NCBI GenBank assembly: GCA_963702845.1
Contig: OY969763.1
Coordinates: 4,416,001-4,480,000 of the forward strand
Direction: 5' to 3'
Length of the DNA: 64,000 nucleotides
From: an uncultured Verrucomicrobiae bacterium
GTDB taxonomy: Bacteria; Verrucomicrobiota; Verrucomicrobiia; Limisphaerales; Palsa-1400
A program made the translations under genes and the position numbers. The notes beneath the pieces were generated by a model that was not told where the DNA came from, made no database searches, and saw only the letters and a list, made by a program, of their open reading frames with translations. Shown piece after piece: positions 49,541 to 59,986 of this stretch. Every line of letters starts with the position of its first letter. Position 1 is the stretch's first letter.

Positions 49541-50151
49541 GCGGCTTCGTTCGTTGTTCCAGCTGCAGCGGGTTGGGCTTCAGTTCCACCAGAATTGATC
49601 ATCTCACGCGGTTCTGTTTCGTTCACCAACCGCATCGCTGCACCGTGCAGAGTTCGTAGCTCCGTCTCCGTCGGTTCGTATTTGGCAAATTTCACCAAGT
49701 CGCATTGCGACAGGAACTCAGCCAGGCTGGCCTTCTGATCCGACGTGAGAAGGTTGGTGCTTTGCAGTTCGTAGAGAAATTCTTCAGTCGTGCGTTCGGG
49801 TGCGCGAAACGTGAAACGTTCTTCAAGATAAGTTCGCAACGTGTCGGATACTACTGTCGTGAACGGCTTGGGTTCGCTGATCAATGACAGTGCCTTTTCC
49901 AGAGCGCGACGGGCGCGCACGTGCGCAGGAATGACAGGAACCAACGGCGGCATTGCAGCCTTCGTCCGATAATATTTCCAAATGAAATAAGCGATCGCCA
50001 CCAGCGCAATGGCTCCAAGCGCCGACCAGACCCACAGCCAACCATTCGAGATCTCGATCAGCGGCTTCGCCGATTCGTGGTACGTCAATTGTGTCGCGGC
50101 GTTCGATGTCGCGGACGGCGGTGGGACGATTAATGGAGCGTTGTTGGTCAT
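49537..50151 (-). CDS. Bat-operon membrane protein (DUF4381-like)
   Basis: Single TM segment; LRTYLEERF..ERTTEEFL..DLVKFAKY. Confidence 0.8.
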   Translation of the reverse strand: MTNNAPLIVPPPSATSNAATQLTYHESAKPLIEISNGWLWVWSALGAIALVAIAYFIWKYYRTKAAMPPLVPVIPAHVRARRALEKALSLISEPKPFTTVVSDTLRTYLEERFTFRAPERTTEEFLYELQSTNLLTSDQKASLAEFLSQCDLVKFAKYEPTETELRTLHGAAMRLVNETEPREMINSGGTEAQPAAAGTTNEAA

Positions 50152-51101
50152 CCTCGGCGCAAACGTTTCTCGCGTGTTTCGAAAAATTTCCCAAGCGCGT
50201 TCGAATACGGCTGGTCGGTGCGAATCTGAATCGCGTCAATGTTGTTGGAGCGGAACATGCGCATCAACTCCGCCTGATGTCGCTCGCGTCGTTCGAAGAA
50301 CGATGCGCGACGGCGTGGATCGTGCGTGTTCACCTCGATGACTTCGCCGGTTTCCGCATCTTTTAAGACCAATCGCCCCAAAGGCGGCAGTTCTAGTTCA
50401 TAGCGATCGACAACTTGAATCGCGATCAAGTCATGACGTCGGTTCGTTTGGCGCAATGCAGGCAAAGAGCGAGGGCCAACAGTGGGCGAACCGACGAACG
50501 TCGTGGGCCGATGTTCCTGTTCCGATTCATCGCTGGTATTCTCGAAAAGAAAATCCGATATCAGCACGACAATCGCGTGCCGACGTGCGACGCGATTCAA
50601 AGTGTTCAAAGCCTCATTGAAATTTGTGCCGCGCTTCTTCGGCTGAAAGAAAAGGATTTCGCGAATGACGCGCAGCACATGGCGGCGGCCCTTCTTCGGC
50701 GGAATATATTTCTCCACTTCGTCAGTGAAAAGAATCAGTCCAACCTTGTCGTTATTGCGAATCGCCGAAAACGCGAGCACCGAAGCAATCTCCGCCGCAA
50801 TTTCACGCTTCGATTGATCCCCCGATCCAAACAATCCCGAACCGCTCAAATCCACCAACAACATCAAAGTCAGTTCGCGTTCTTCGACGAATTTTTTCAC
50901 GAACGGATGATTCATTCGCGCCGTCACGTTCCAGTCGATTGCGCGCACCTCATCACCGGGCTGATATTCGCGAACCTCCTCGAAATTCATCCCCTGCCCT
51001 TTGAAGACGCTGTGGTATTGGCCTCCAAGGGTCTCGGTCACGAGCCGGTTAGTCCGCAGCTCGATCTGCCGAATTTTTTTTAAGATTTCGCGCGGGATCA
51101 T
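50148..51101 (-). CDS. DUF58 family protein
   Basis: GMNFEEVREYQPGDEVRAIDWNVTAR, EERE, ISDF. Confidence 0.93.
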   Translation of the reverse strand: MIPREILKKIRQIELRTNRLVTETLGGQYHSVFKGQGMNFEEVREYQPGDEVRAIDWNVTARMNHPFVKKFVEERELTLMLLVDLSGSGLFGSGDQSKREIAAEIASVLAFSAIRNNDKVGLILFTDEVEKYIPPKKGRRHVLRVIREILFFQPKKRGTNFNEALNTLNRVARRHAIVVLISDFLFENTSDESEQEHRPTTFVGSPTVGPRSLPALRQTNRRHDLIAIQVVDRYELELPPLGRLVLKDAETGEVIEVNTHDPRRRASFFERRERHQAELMRMFRSNNIDAIQIRTDQPYSNALGKFFETREKRLRRG

Positions 51102-51118
51102 TTGCGACTCCGAACGAT

Positions 51119-52111
51119 TTAGGGTACCGGAAGCTCGTTGAAAATTTTCTGGACGATATTCTCGGTCGTCTTTTCTTCAGCCTCGGCTTCGTAGGTTACG
51201 GTCACGCGATGGCGAAGGACATCCATGCCAATACTCTTCACGTCCTGCGGCGTGACATAACCGCGTCCTTTCAAAAATGCGTAAGCCTTGGCGGCCAACG
51301 TCAGACCAATCGTCGCGCGCGGCGACGCGCCGAGCTGGATCAGGCCAGCGAGACCTTTGATTTTGTAAGCGTCGGGATCACGCGTGCAGCAAACGATGTC
51401 GACGATGTAGTCACGGACTTTTTCGTCGATGTAAATGTCGTTGATGACCTGGCGCGCGTGAAGAATTTCTTTCGCGGTAACGACGGAAGCAGCAACCGGC
51501 GCGGCGCTGGTGCGCGCCATCAAATCCAGAATCTGCCGTTCCTCTTCGCGCGTCGGGTAGACGATTTTCAACTTCAACATGAAGCGGTCGACCTGCGCTT
51601 CGGGTAGTGGATAGGTACCTTCCTGTTCGATGGGATTTTGCGTCGCCAACACGAGAAACGGCTCTTCCAGCTTGAACGTCTGTTCGCCGATGGTGACCTG
51701 CTTTTCCTGCATCGCTTCCAGCAACGCGCTCTGCACCTTAGCCGGGGCGCGGTTGATTTCGTCCGCGAGCACGACATTGGCAAAGAGAGGGCCGCGGCGT
51801 GTCGTGAACGCGCCGCTTTGCGGATTGTAAATTTGCGTGCCGATCAAGTCAGCCGGCAACAAATCGGGCGTGAATTGGAGGCGCGAGAACTTAACGTTCA
51901 AACAGTTCGCGAGCGTTTTCACGGCCAACGTTTTAGCCAGGCCGGGCACACCTTCCAGCAGCACGTGACCGTTCGCCAAAAGTCCGATCGTCAGCCGTTC
52001 GACGAGATAATTCTGGCCGATGATAACCTTACCGATTTCAGCGAAAAGCGGCCGCACAAAACCGCTGGCGCGCTGCACTTCCTCGTTAATCGCACTAATG
52101 CCTGTATTCAT
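51119..52111 (-). CDS. moxR: MoxR family AAA+ ATPase
   Basis: GVPGLAKT, QFTPDLLPAD, LADEINR, ATQNPIEQEGTYPLPEAQ. Confidence 0.95.
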   Translation of the reverse strand: MNTGISAINEEVQRASGFVRPLFAEIGKVIIGQNYLVERLTIGLLANGHVLLEGVPGLAKTLAVKTLANCLNVKFSRLQFTPDLLPADLIGTQIYNPQSGAFTTRRGPLFANVVLADEINRAPAKVQSALLEAMQEKQVTIGEQTFKLEEPFLVLATQNPIEQEGTYPLPEAQVDRFMLKLKIVYPTREEERQILDLMARTSAAPVAASVVTAKEILHARQVINDIYIDEKVRDYIVDIVCCTRDPDAYKIKGLAGLIQLGASPRATIGLTLAAKAYAFLKGRGYVTPQDVKSIGMDVLRHRVTVTYEAEAEEKTTENIVQKIFNELPVP

Positions 52112-52228
52112 GTGTTTTCGAAAGAATGACTACCCCCAATGGACAAGCCAAGAGCATAACTGTTCAATGGAAATGCCCCTAAAATTGTTAAAAATCTTCG
52201 TCTTGGGACATCGCTCTAAATCAGCGAA

Positions 52229-53153
52229 TTACAAGGCTTGCCGCACAGCCTCTACATCCTTCGTGATCTCGGTCGTGCAGCGCTGTTGCTGATGGAAACT
52301 TCTGCTCATCGCGAATTTTTTTTACGAACGTCAGTTCCATCGTTTCCCCATAAATATCTCCACTGAAATCAAGTAAGTGTGCCTCCACCTGGAGCTTCGG
52401 CGTCGGCGAATTCAACGTGGGCCGATATCCGATGTTAACAGCTGCACGCTGATTTTTTTTGGCAACTTCCGCAAGCGCGGCGTAAACGCCAGTCGGCGGA
52501 AGAACCAGCCCTGCGACATCCATGTTGGCAGTAGCAAACCCAATTTTGCGCCCGATGCCGTCGCCTTTAACAATTGTGCCACAAAGCGAATACGGCCGGC
52601 CGAGCATCTGATTGGCCAAATCAAGGTTACCCATGCGAATCACTTCGCGGACCCGTGTACTGCTGACCGGCAGGCCATCCAACGCGACACTCGCCAATCC
52701 GTGCACTTGAAAATTCAGTTCCGTACCAAGCGTGCGCAAGAGGTCAACGTTCCCACCCCGCTTGTGGCCGAAGGTAAAATTGCTGCCCACACAAATGCTT
52801 TGGATGTTTTTAAAATCGCGCACGAGGTCTCGAACGAATTGTTCCGCCGGAATCGTGCTGAACTCTTTGGTGAACTCGATGAGATAAGTCGCGTTAACAC
52901 CAAGCGATTCAATGACACTCAGTTTCTTCGCCAATGGATAAATCAACTGGGGCACTCGCTCGGGTGCGACGACCGCATTCGGATGTCGATCGAATGTGAC
53001 GACAACCGACAGCGCTTGATTTTGCACTGCGTCCGCCATCGTTTGTCGAATCACCTGCTGATGCCCAAGATGCACGCCGTCAAAAACGCCAATTGCCACG
53101 CAAACTTTGCGCGTCCCAGGATTCAAGTCTGAAGCGTGACGAATCAGGTTCAT
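52229..53153 (-). CDS. ribF: Bifunctional riboflavin kinase/FAD synthetase; one-base frameshift near 52270
   Basis: GVFDGVHLGHQ, VSSTRVR, GFATAN, EAHLLDF. The natural ending ITKDVEAVRQAL* lies in another frame with its stop at 52229. Confidence 0.93.
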
Positions 53154-53881
53154 TCGCCGGGAGAATTCGCCATCGCCAAAAGTTTCAGGAACGGAATCAC
53201 GCGCTTTTCCAACTCGCTCTTCGGCAAATTGCAGGCGTCCTCCATCGGAATCGCGTCTGCGACATCAAATTTTCCCGAAACAAGCCGGCGCAAGCTCGAC
53301 AAATGTGCGCCGCAGCCGATTTTCTGCCCGAGATCATGCGCGAGGCTGCGGACGTATGTCCCCTTCGTGCACGCCACCCGAAACGCTCCGATCGGTTCCG
53401 TGTAGCTGCTAAATTTGTAAGTGTAGATATGGATCAAGCGCGCCTTGCGCTCCACTTCCACCCCTTTGCGCGCCAGCTTGTAAAGCGGCACACCATCGAT
53501 CTTCACCGCCGACACCATCGGCGGAGTTTGAAGATGATCGCCCACGAATGTTTTCGACAATTCGTTGAGTTGCTCCACGGTCAGCGGCGGCACTGGCGCA
53601 GTGGCGGTCACGTCACCATCGGCGTCATAGCTCGACGTCGTCGCGCCGAATTTCATCGTGCCTTCATAAACCTTATCGTCCGCCATCAACTTTTCCGAAA
53701 GCTTCGTCGCTTTTCCGAGCACGATGATGAGCAAGCCCGTTGCGGCCGGATCGAGCGTGCCACAATGACCGACCTTCTTAATGCCGAAGTTGCGGCGAAT
53801 AATATCCACCACATCGTGCGAAGTCGGACCGGCGGGCTTATCTATAAGCAACGCGCCATCCAATGAATCAAACTCGGTCAT
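53150..53881 (-). CDS. truB: tRNA pseudouridine(55) synthase
   Basis: DKPAGPTSHDVV, GHCGTLDPAATG, PPMVSAVK, KGTYVRSLAHDLG. Confidence 0.96.
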   Translation of the reverse strand: MTEFDSLDGALLIDKPAGPTSHDVVDIIRRNFGIKKVGHCGTLDPAATGLLIIVLGKATKLSEKLMADDKVYEGTMKFGATTSSYDADGDVTATAPVPPLTVEQLNELSKTFVGDHLQTPPMVSAVKIDGVPLYKLARKGVEVERKARLIHIYTYKFSSYTEPIGAFRVACTKGTYVRSLAHDLGQKIGCGAHLSSLRRLVSGKFDVADAIPMEDACNLPKSELEKRVIPFLKLLAMANSPGE

Positions 53882-53923
53882 GAGAAAAGTATCAACCAGC
53901 GGTTAGTGTTTCACAACGCTGCG

Positions 53924-55627
53924 TCAAACCTGCGTTGCCACCGGCTGTTGCGCCGATGTTGTTGTGCGACTGAAGTAGCGATCAATCGTTTGCCGTGAAG
54001 GCGGACGGGTAAGCAGCGAGAACAGCACCATGAAAAACGCCGAACCAACAACCATGGGAACGACGGTCATGTAGTTATTCATAAACCGCACATCACCGTT
54101 AGGCGCGCGCGAAAGAATTTTAACGGCATCCGCCCCTTCACCAATTTTCCAAATGATATCTTCCTTCGGCTTGGCAGGAGGCGTCGCCTTAACCGGAGCA
54201 GAAGCTTCCGGAGTGTTTGGCGTGGACTTCACTTGAGCCGCAACGTCCGGCTTTGCCGGCGGCGTGGGTGGAGGCGGAGACTTTTGCAAAAAGGCAAAAC
54301 CAATCAAAGTCGCCGCCACAAACAAGGTCGCCGCGAGCGCACCCCACTTTGTGCTGCGCTTCCAGAAAAGCGCCGCAATCATCACCGGCGCCATCGCTGC
54401 AAAACCCGAAAAGGCAAAGCGAATGGCGATCTCGAAAATCCCCTGCTTCGATTTCAACGCCAGCGCAACGAAATAGGCAATCACCGTGACCACTAGAATA
54501 AACGCGCGCGCAAAGTAAACCGAACCGCGTTCGCCGTACTTTTTCTTTCCACCGTAATGCGCGAACACGTCCTTTGTGAACATCGTGCTCATCGCCAACA
54601 CCTGATGCGCGTCGGAGCCCATCACCGCCGAAATAATTCCCGCGCCAAGCAGACCCGCGAGCCAGACCGGTGCGTAAGTATCAAGCATCCGCAACAACAC
54701 ACCATCCGGGTCGATCTTGCCGGTGAGCGTCACCGTGCCGAGCACGCCGAGAAAAACGCACGGCAACCAAATCGCCATAATCGCGAGCGGATACAGCACG
54801 ACCGTCCGTTTGAACGCGGTGACCTTCTTCGCCGAAAAGCACATAATCGCCATGTGCGGAAACATGATCGAGGAAAGCGGAATCAACGTATAGCTCCAGA
54901 AAAATTGCGGCGGCATTTTCTCGCGCGTCAGCAGCGTATGAGCCTTCGGGTCATCCATGATCTTCTTGATGTATTCGCCAAACCCGCCTGGCAACGCATG
55001 ACTGATCACCGCCACCGCCACTGCGCCGAAGCACAGGAACAAAATCGTCTGGAAAATATTCACCCAAACCGTGCCGCGCATTCCGCCGAAGAACACATTC
55101 ACCGTCACAACAGCCGCGACAATCGCGCACCCTGCCGCATACGGAATCAGCGGCTGATGCGTTGCGCCTGAAGTCGAGATATCTGCCAACACCGTGCCAC
55201 CGCCCATGATGCTGATGATCATATAGGGAACGAGCATCGCAGCGCTCAGCGCAAAAATAACAGTGCCGATGTGATTACATTCCCAGCGATCACGAAAGTA
55301 TGAGACCTGAGTCTGGTGCCCGAACCGTTTTCCAAGCGCCCAAAGCCGCGTGCCGATGAAGAAGATCGTCATCGGAATCACGAAACACGAAGACGATGCC
55401 ATCAATCCATAAATACCAATTCCCTGCCGATACGCCTGTCCCGAACTGCCGAGAATCGCAAACGCCGTCATGTTCGTCGCGAAGATCGACAAAAAGAAAA
55501 CAAGTGAACCAATCGAACGATTTGCTAGAAAGAAATCCTCCGTGTTCGTCTTACTGCGCCGAAACGCGATGCTGCCGATGAACGCGATGATCGCGAGATA
55601 AACGAAAATGACGACGACAGGAATCAT
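53924..55627 (-). CDS. Sodium:solute symporter family protein
   Basis: DFFLANRSIG, ATNMTAFAILG, GGMRG; many TM segments. Confidence 0.92.
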   Translation of the reverse strand: MIPVVVIFVYLAIIAFIGSIAFRRSKTNTEDFFLANRSIGSLVFFLSIFATNMTAFAILGSSGQAYRQGIGIYGLMASSSCFVIPMTIFFIGTRLWALGKRFGHQTQVSYFRDRWECNHIGTVIFALSAAMLVPYMIISIMGGGTVLADISTSGATHQPLIPYAAGCAIVAAVVTVNVFFGGMRGTVWVNIFQTILFLCFGAVAVAVISHALPGGFGEYIKKIMDDPKAHTLLTREKMPPQFFWSYTLIPLSSIMFPHMAIMCFSAKKVTAFKRTVVLYPLAIMAIWLPCVFLGVLGTVTLTGKIDPDGVLLRMLDTYAPVWLAGLLGAGIISAVMGSDAHQVLAMSTMFTKDVFAHYGGKKKYGERGSVYFARAFILVVTVIAYFVALALKSKQGIFEIAIRFAFSGFAAMAPVMIAALFWKRSTKWGALAATLFVAATLIGFAFLQKSPPPPTPPAKPDVAAQVKSTPNTPEASAPVKATPPAKPKEDIIWKIGEGADAVKILSRAPNGDVRFMNNYMTVVPMVVGSAFFMVLFSLLTRPPSRQTIDRYFSRTTTSAQQPVATQV

Positions 55628-55869
55628 TTCGCGCCCTCGCTTTTGCTAGCGTTCTGCGGGTCCGCCTCCTCGACTTCGAGGTGTGTCGGCCAAACCGTCT
55701 TCACCAGCACCCCCATCGTGATCGCGCACAAAATCGAATACCCCGCGTGATACGCGAGGCCAATCGGCAAAAAACCGAACACCAGTGGCTCGGTCTTATT
55801 CCAATTCCAGAAATCCTGATGTACCACGTAAACCGCGACGACCAATAAGAGCAGCAAAAACTTTTTCAT
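55624..55869 (-). CDS. DUF3311-like small membrane partner of the SSF transporter
   Basis: HQDFWNW..PLVFGFLPIGLAYH. Confidence 0.85.
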   Translation of the reverse strand: MKKFLLLLLVVAVYVVHQDFWNWNKTEPLVFGFLPIGLAYHAGYSILCAITMGVLVKTVWPTHLEVEEADPQNASKSEGAK

Positions 55870-55875
55870 CAGTTC

Positions 55876-57531
55876 TTAATTTTTCTGCAGGTCGATTTTA
55901 GCCGGCGCGTCCGTCACGGGCTGTTTGCGATTAGGATCAGTGAACGCAAATAAATGCGTGTTGGAATGCACGTATAAAACACCGTTCGCCACGATTGGCG
56001 TGGAGTAAACCGGCGCACCGAGATTCGTAACACTGAGGAGTTTTTTCTCCTTGGTCGCAGCAAACACATAAAAATCACCGTCTTCGTTGCCGATATAAAC
56101 TTTGCCGTCAGCCACCAGAGTCGAGCCCCAAACGTGCGCCTTCAAGTCATGCACCCAATAAACCTTGCCGGTCTCCGCATCCAGGCAATGAAGGAATCCA
56201 GAAAAGTCCCCTACGAACAGCAAGCCGTCTGGTGTGATCGACACACTCGACAAGCTGCGATGAATTTTATCGTAGGTCCAAACTTTCGCCGATTTCGTCA
56301 CATCGCCAGTCTTGGTCGCGTCGATACACGTCAAAATACCAACGCCTTCGCCGTGCTCAGGATCCTGGCCGACTGCTACATAAACGCGGTTTTTCCAAAA
56401 CACTGGCGTCGCATTAATTTCACTCGGGCCGTCCGGCGCGGGATATTTGTGCGCGGTATCTTTGACGCGGCGTTCCGGCGGGTTCGCATCGCACCACCAA
56501 ACCTTCTTCAAATAATCCGTGTCCTTGTCCTCTTCGCGCTCGACCGGCGCACCGGGAATAACCGGCTCCATCTTCGCCCCTGTTCCTTTTTGCGGTTTTG
56601 CGTCGAACGCATAACAAACTCCATCACCACCGCCGAAGAAAACCAGCTTGCGTCCATTCACAACACCGATTGAGGGAGAACTCCATTGTCCGTGGAAAAT
56701 GCGCGGACCAATTGCGGCATTATCTTCCGCGCGTAATTTGCCAGTATTTTTGTCGATTGCGACAAAGCTCGGCGAATTCGGCGAAGGAATATTCACGTGC
56801 GTCCAGTCCTGGCCGTTCGACGTGCACGCATAAACCAAATCATCATCGACCAGCAGCGAGCAGTTCGACGCGTTGTGCGGGAATACGCCCAGCTCATCCA
56901 TCATGTCATAGCGCCAAATAATATCCGCGTCCTTCGGGCCGATTTTCGACGGCGGCTTGCCGGGACCGGAGACATACTGCGCTTCGTCTTTGAAAGGACC
57001 ATCGTTGCCATTCGCCTGACCTTCAGTATCGAGGCACAGCACTTCGCAACGGCTGCTCACGACATAGAGTCGATTATTCTGCACGCACGGCGAAGACAGG
57101 AGGCCGAGACTTTCCCAGTCATTCACTTTGCCCGAAGCGAGTTTGGGCACCACTAATTGCCACAACAAATCACCACTCTTCGCATCGAGCGCCAAAAGAA
57201 TACTCCGGTCGCCCTGATGCTGCGGGTCGCGCGGATTTTCGTTGTTCGTGCCGATGAACAATTTTCCGCCGGACTCCACCACGTTGCCATAACTTTGCGA
57301 CCCGAGTTTCGCCACCCACTTCGCGCCCGGTAAATTCTTCGGGTCCACCTCTTCCGTCCCGGTCTTCATCTCAACGCGCTGGCCTTTTTCCTTCGTGAAA
57401 TGATCGGGCAACCCGGTCTCCGGCGAATACATATTGCGCCCCGGATCGTTACCACCCCAACGCGGCCAATCAGCGGCGAATGTTGCCGTTGCGAACGACA
57501 GCGCGATGCAAAGAGAGAATTTCGTTTTCAT
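55876..57531 (-). CDS. Secreted PQQ-binding-like beta-propeller protein
   Basis: ADWPRWGG; repeated LDAKSGDLLWQ / LDAETGKVYW; STPIVANG. Confidence 0.88.
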   Translation of the reverse strand: MKTKFSLCIALSFATATFAADWPRWGGNDPGRNMYSPETGLPDHFTKEKGQRVEMKTGTEEVDPKNLPGAKWVAKLGSQSYGNVVESGGKLFIGTNNENPRDPQHQGDRSILLALDAKSGDLLWQLVVPKLASGKVNDWESLGLLSSPCVQNNRLYVVSSRCEVLCLDTEGQANGNDGPFKDEAQYVSGPGKPPSKIGPKDADIIWRYDMMDELGVFPHNASNCSLLVDDDLVYACTSNGQDWTHVNIPSPNSPSFVAIDKNTGKLRAEDNAAIGPRIFHGQWSSPSIGVVNGRKLVFFGGGDGVCYAFDAKPQKGTGAKMEPVIPGAPVEREEDKDTDYLKKVWWCDANPPERRVKDTAHKYPAPDGPSEINATPVFWKNRVYVAVGQDPEHGEGVGILTCIDATKTGDVTKSAKVWTYDKIHRSLSSVSITPDGLLFVGDFSGFLHCLDAETGKVYWVHDLKAHVWGSTLVADGKVYIGNEDGDFYVFAATKEKKLLSVTNLGAPVYSTPIVANGVLYVHSNTHLFAFTDPNRKQPVTDAPAKIDLQKN

Positions 57532-57539
57532 GTGAAAAA

Positions 57540-59840
57540 TTAGTTCGCGGTGACAGAAATATTATCAATGTAAACCCGCATGTCCTGCGGCGAGAAACCG
57601 GACAAGCCCGGGGAACCGTTCTGGTTGGCGATCTTCACCGGCGCCTCGTTCGTCCACTTGTCGGGTTCAGCATCGCCCCGTTTCCAAGCTTTCGCACGGA
57701 CGACTCCGGACCCGTCGGCGGCCACGTCCACGCGCGCTTTCAAATGATACCACGTGTTCGGCACCCACTTAAACGACACGCGCGAACTCAACAATTCCTG
57801 GTTCGAAGTGATCTCCAAGGCCTGCTCGTTGCCTTTCAAGCGAATCAAATAACGTTGGTTGATTACACCAACGTCAGACATCTTGCGCTTATTACCCTCA
57901 CTCATCACGTCTGCTTCGATCGTATAATTCTTCAACGCCGGCGAACCCATGAACACCATCGCGCGACGAAAGAACGAATTATCCACCGTCTTCACCAGGC
58001 ATTTCGATCCATCTTTGTCGCGCACTTCGAATTTAAAGCGCGCGCCAATCCATGGCAGGGGCGGGTAAGCATATTTCGTCGGAGGTTCGACCGAGTTTGT
58101 CGTCGTTTCGCTCAATGTGAATGACTCAAAATCCTGTTTGATCGGTAACCCCGGCAAAACGCGGCCGCGAGTGTATCCTTTCAAACCATCCGACTGCGCT
58201 TCGAACGCGCCAGCCGACGGCACCTTGTCCGGTGCCGCTGTAAATTTTCCTTCAGCATCAAACGAACCTTTCACCATCGCTCGCACCTTGGCCGTAGGCG
58301 GAATGAACGGCTCCCACTTCACCGCATTCGCCGCGATGTCCTTTACCGGCAAGCCGTTTTTATCCAACGAACGCACATGGAATGTCTGCGATTCATCAGG
58401 GTGCAGTAAAAGCTCGTTCGGAATCACTTGCAACTGCGCCGCAGGTCCAGGCGCTGGCCAGGCTGGTTCCGCTGTGGACGAAATGTCCGTCGCCTGTCCG
58501 GCTTTGCCGAAGCAATAAATCTTCTTAGCCGTTTGAATATATATCTTTCCATTCCAAGCCGTCGGCGTGCCGTAACAACGCCCGTCCAACGTCACTTTCG
58601 AAATGACTTTTCCCTCGGTATCGCCCGATTGAACGACATACAAAGCACCGTGCCCGCCGGCAACCTCATCACCACCTTCATTCACCGCCGGGTCATTCAA
58701 AATTGGTGCAAAAATTTTACCATCAGCAAAAAGCGGCGACGAATTGCGCTGCTCCGTCCCGAGCTTTAAATTCCACATGACCCGCCCCGTGTTCGCATCT
58801 ACACAAACGAGATACCCGACTTCGCTCGTCACATAGACGCGGTCGCCGACAAGAATCGGCGAACTCGCCGACGTGCGGATTTCATTACTCCAAAGTTCGA
58901 CCTTCGAGCGCGGCACCACCACTGGCTCTGCCGCGTTCGTCGGCGTCACCGACGGAATCTTCAACGCCACCATCTGTCCGGGTTCATACGGTGTCCCGTA
59001 AATCGCAATGATCGAATTGCCATGCAACAACAGCGACGAATTGATACCGGCCTTGAACAGCGGCACGCGAAAAATCGGTTCGCCTGTGCGCGCATTCACA
59101 CAAACCACGCTGCCGTCACCCGTCGCGGAATAAAACACGCGCTTGCCATCGAGCCACGCCAACACCGGATGAGAATACGAATTGTCTTTGGGCCGATCGC
59201 CAGGGTTCGACGCCCAAACCGGCTCGCCCGTCTTTTTGTCAAAAGCGTAAAAGCGATCCGCGCCCGGCCCTTGCGCGCCCCAATTCGCCGTGATGCCGCG
59301 CGTAATCACCAAATCTTTGTCAACCACCGGCGAAGCAGTCCGTCCGTTCGGGAACGTCAACCGGCCGAACTCCTCCATCAACGAATGTTCCCACAACGTT
59401 TTCCCATCGGCCGTGAATCCAGCAAAAATCCCCTGAGTGTCTTGAATGTAAACATTGCCCGTCTCTGGATCGACGGTCGGCGATGATGTCGCATACCGCA
59501 GATAAATCGTGTCGCTTAGAAAATCAGGATAGACCTTTTGCCAAAGCAGCTTGCCAGTCTCTGCGTCAAAACACGCGACGCCTTCCTGCAACTCCGCGCC
59601 CTCACCCACATAACCCATGATATATAATTTGCCGTCGGCGATGACGGGCGTGGACATGCCGGGGAAATCCGCCGTCCAAAGCGCCTGCTTCACGTCGAGC
59701 GTGCTCGGCAAATTCTTCTCTGGCGAGCTCCCGTTTTGATTCGGGCCGCGCCAATTGAGCCAGCCGCTCACGGCAGCAGACGACGATGTCGAAATGGTAA
59801 AACCAAGGAGGAGCGACAAAAGCGGACGTAAAGTTTTCAT
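57540..59840 (-). CDS. Secreted PQQ-binding-like beta-propeller protein with C-terminal beta-sandwich domain
   Basis: WLNWRGPNQNG; FDAETGKLLWQ blades; C-terminal NYTIEADV..WYHLKARV; start at ATG 59840. Confidence 0.88.
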   Translation of the reverse strand: MKTLRPLLSLLLGFTISTSSSAAVSGWLNWRGPNQNGSSPEKNLPSTLDVKQALWTADFPGMSTPVIADGKLYIMGYVGEGAELQEGVACFDAETGKLLWQKVYPDFLSDTIYLRYATSSPTVDPETGNVYIQDTQGIFAGFTADGKTLWEHSLMEEFGRLTFPNGRTASPVVDKDLVITRGITANWGAQGPGADRFYAFDKKTGEPVWASNPGDRPKDNSYSHPVLAWLDGKRVFYSATGDGSVVCVNARTGEPIFRVPLFKAGINSSLLLHGNSIIAIYGTPYEPGQMVALKIPSVTPTNAAEPVVVPRSKVELWSNEIRTSASSPILVGDRVYVTSEVGYLVCVDANTGRVMWNLKLGTEQRNSSPLFADGKIFAPILNDPAVNEGGDEVAGGHGALYVVQSGDTEGKVISKVTLDGRCYGTPTAWNGKIYIQTAKKIYCFGKAGQATDISSTAEPAWPAPGPAAQLQVIPNELLLHPDESQTFHVRSLDKNGLPVKDIAANAVKWEPFIPPTAKVRAMVKGSFDAEGKFTAAPDKVPSAGAFEAQSDGLKGYTRGRVLPGLPIKQDFESFTLSETTTNSVEPPTKYAYPPLPWIGARFKFEVRDKDGSKCLVKTVDNSFFRRAMVFMGSPALKNYTIEADVMSEGNKRKMSDVGVINQRYLIRLKGNEQALEITSNQELLSSRVSFKWVPNTWYHLKARVDVAADGSGVVRAKAWKRGDAEPDKWTNEAPVKIANQNGSPGLSGFSPQDMRVYIDNISVTAN

Positions 59841-59986
59841 AATGGTGTCTTGTCTTCCTGAAGTTCCGATTATTTCCAGTCCCTCGCAGCCATGCAACTG
59901 AAATAATACTTACACGTATCATCAGGAACCCTGCCGATCTTGTCGGGTTTTGGCTTAACGCGGCGTAAACACCGCATTCCAATAAG

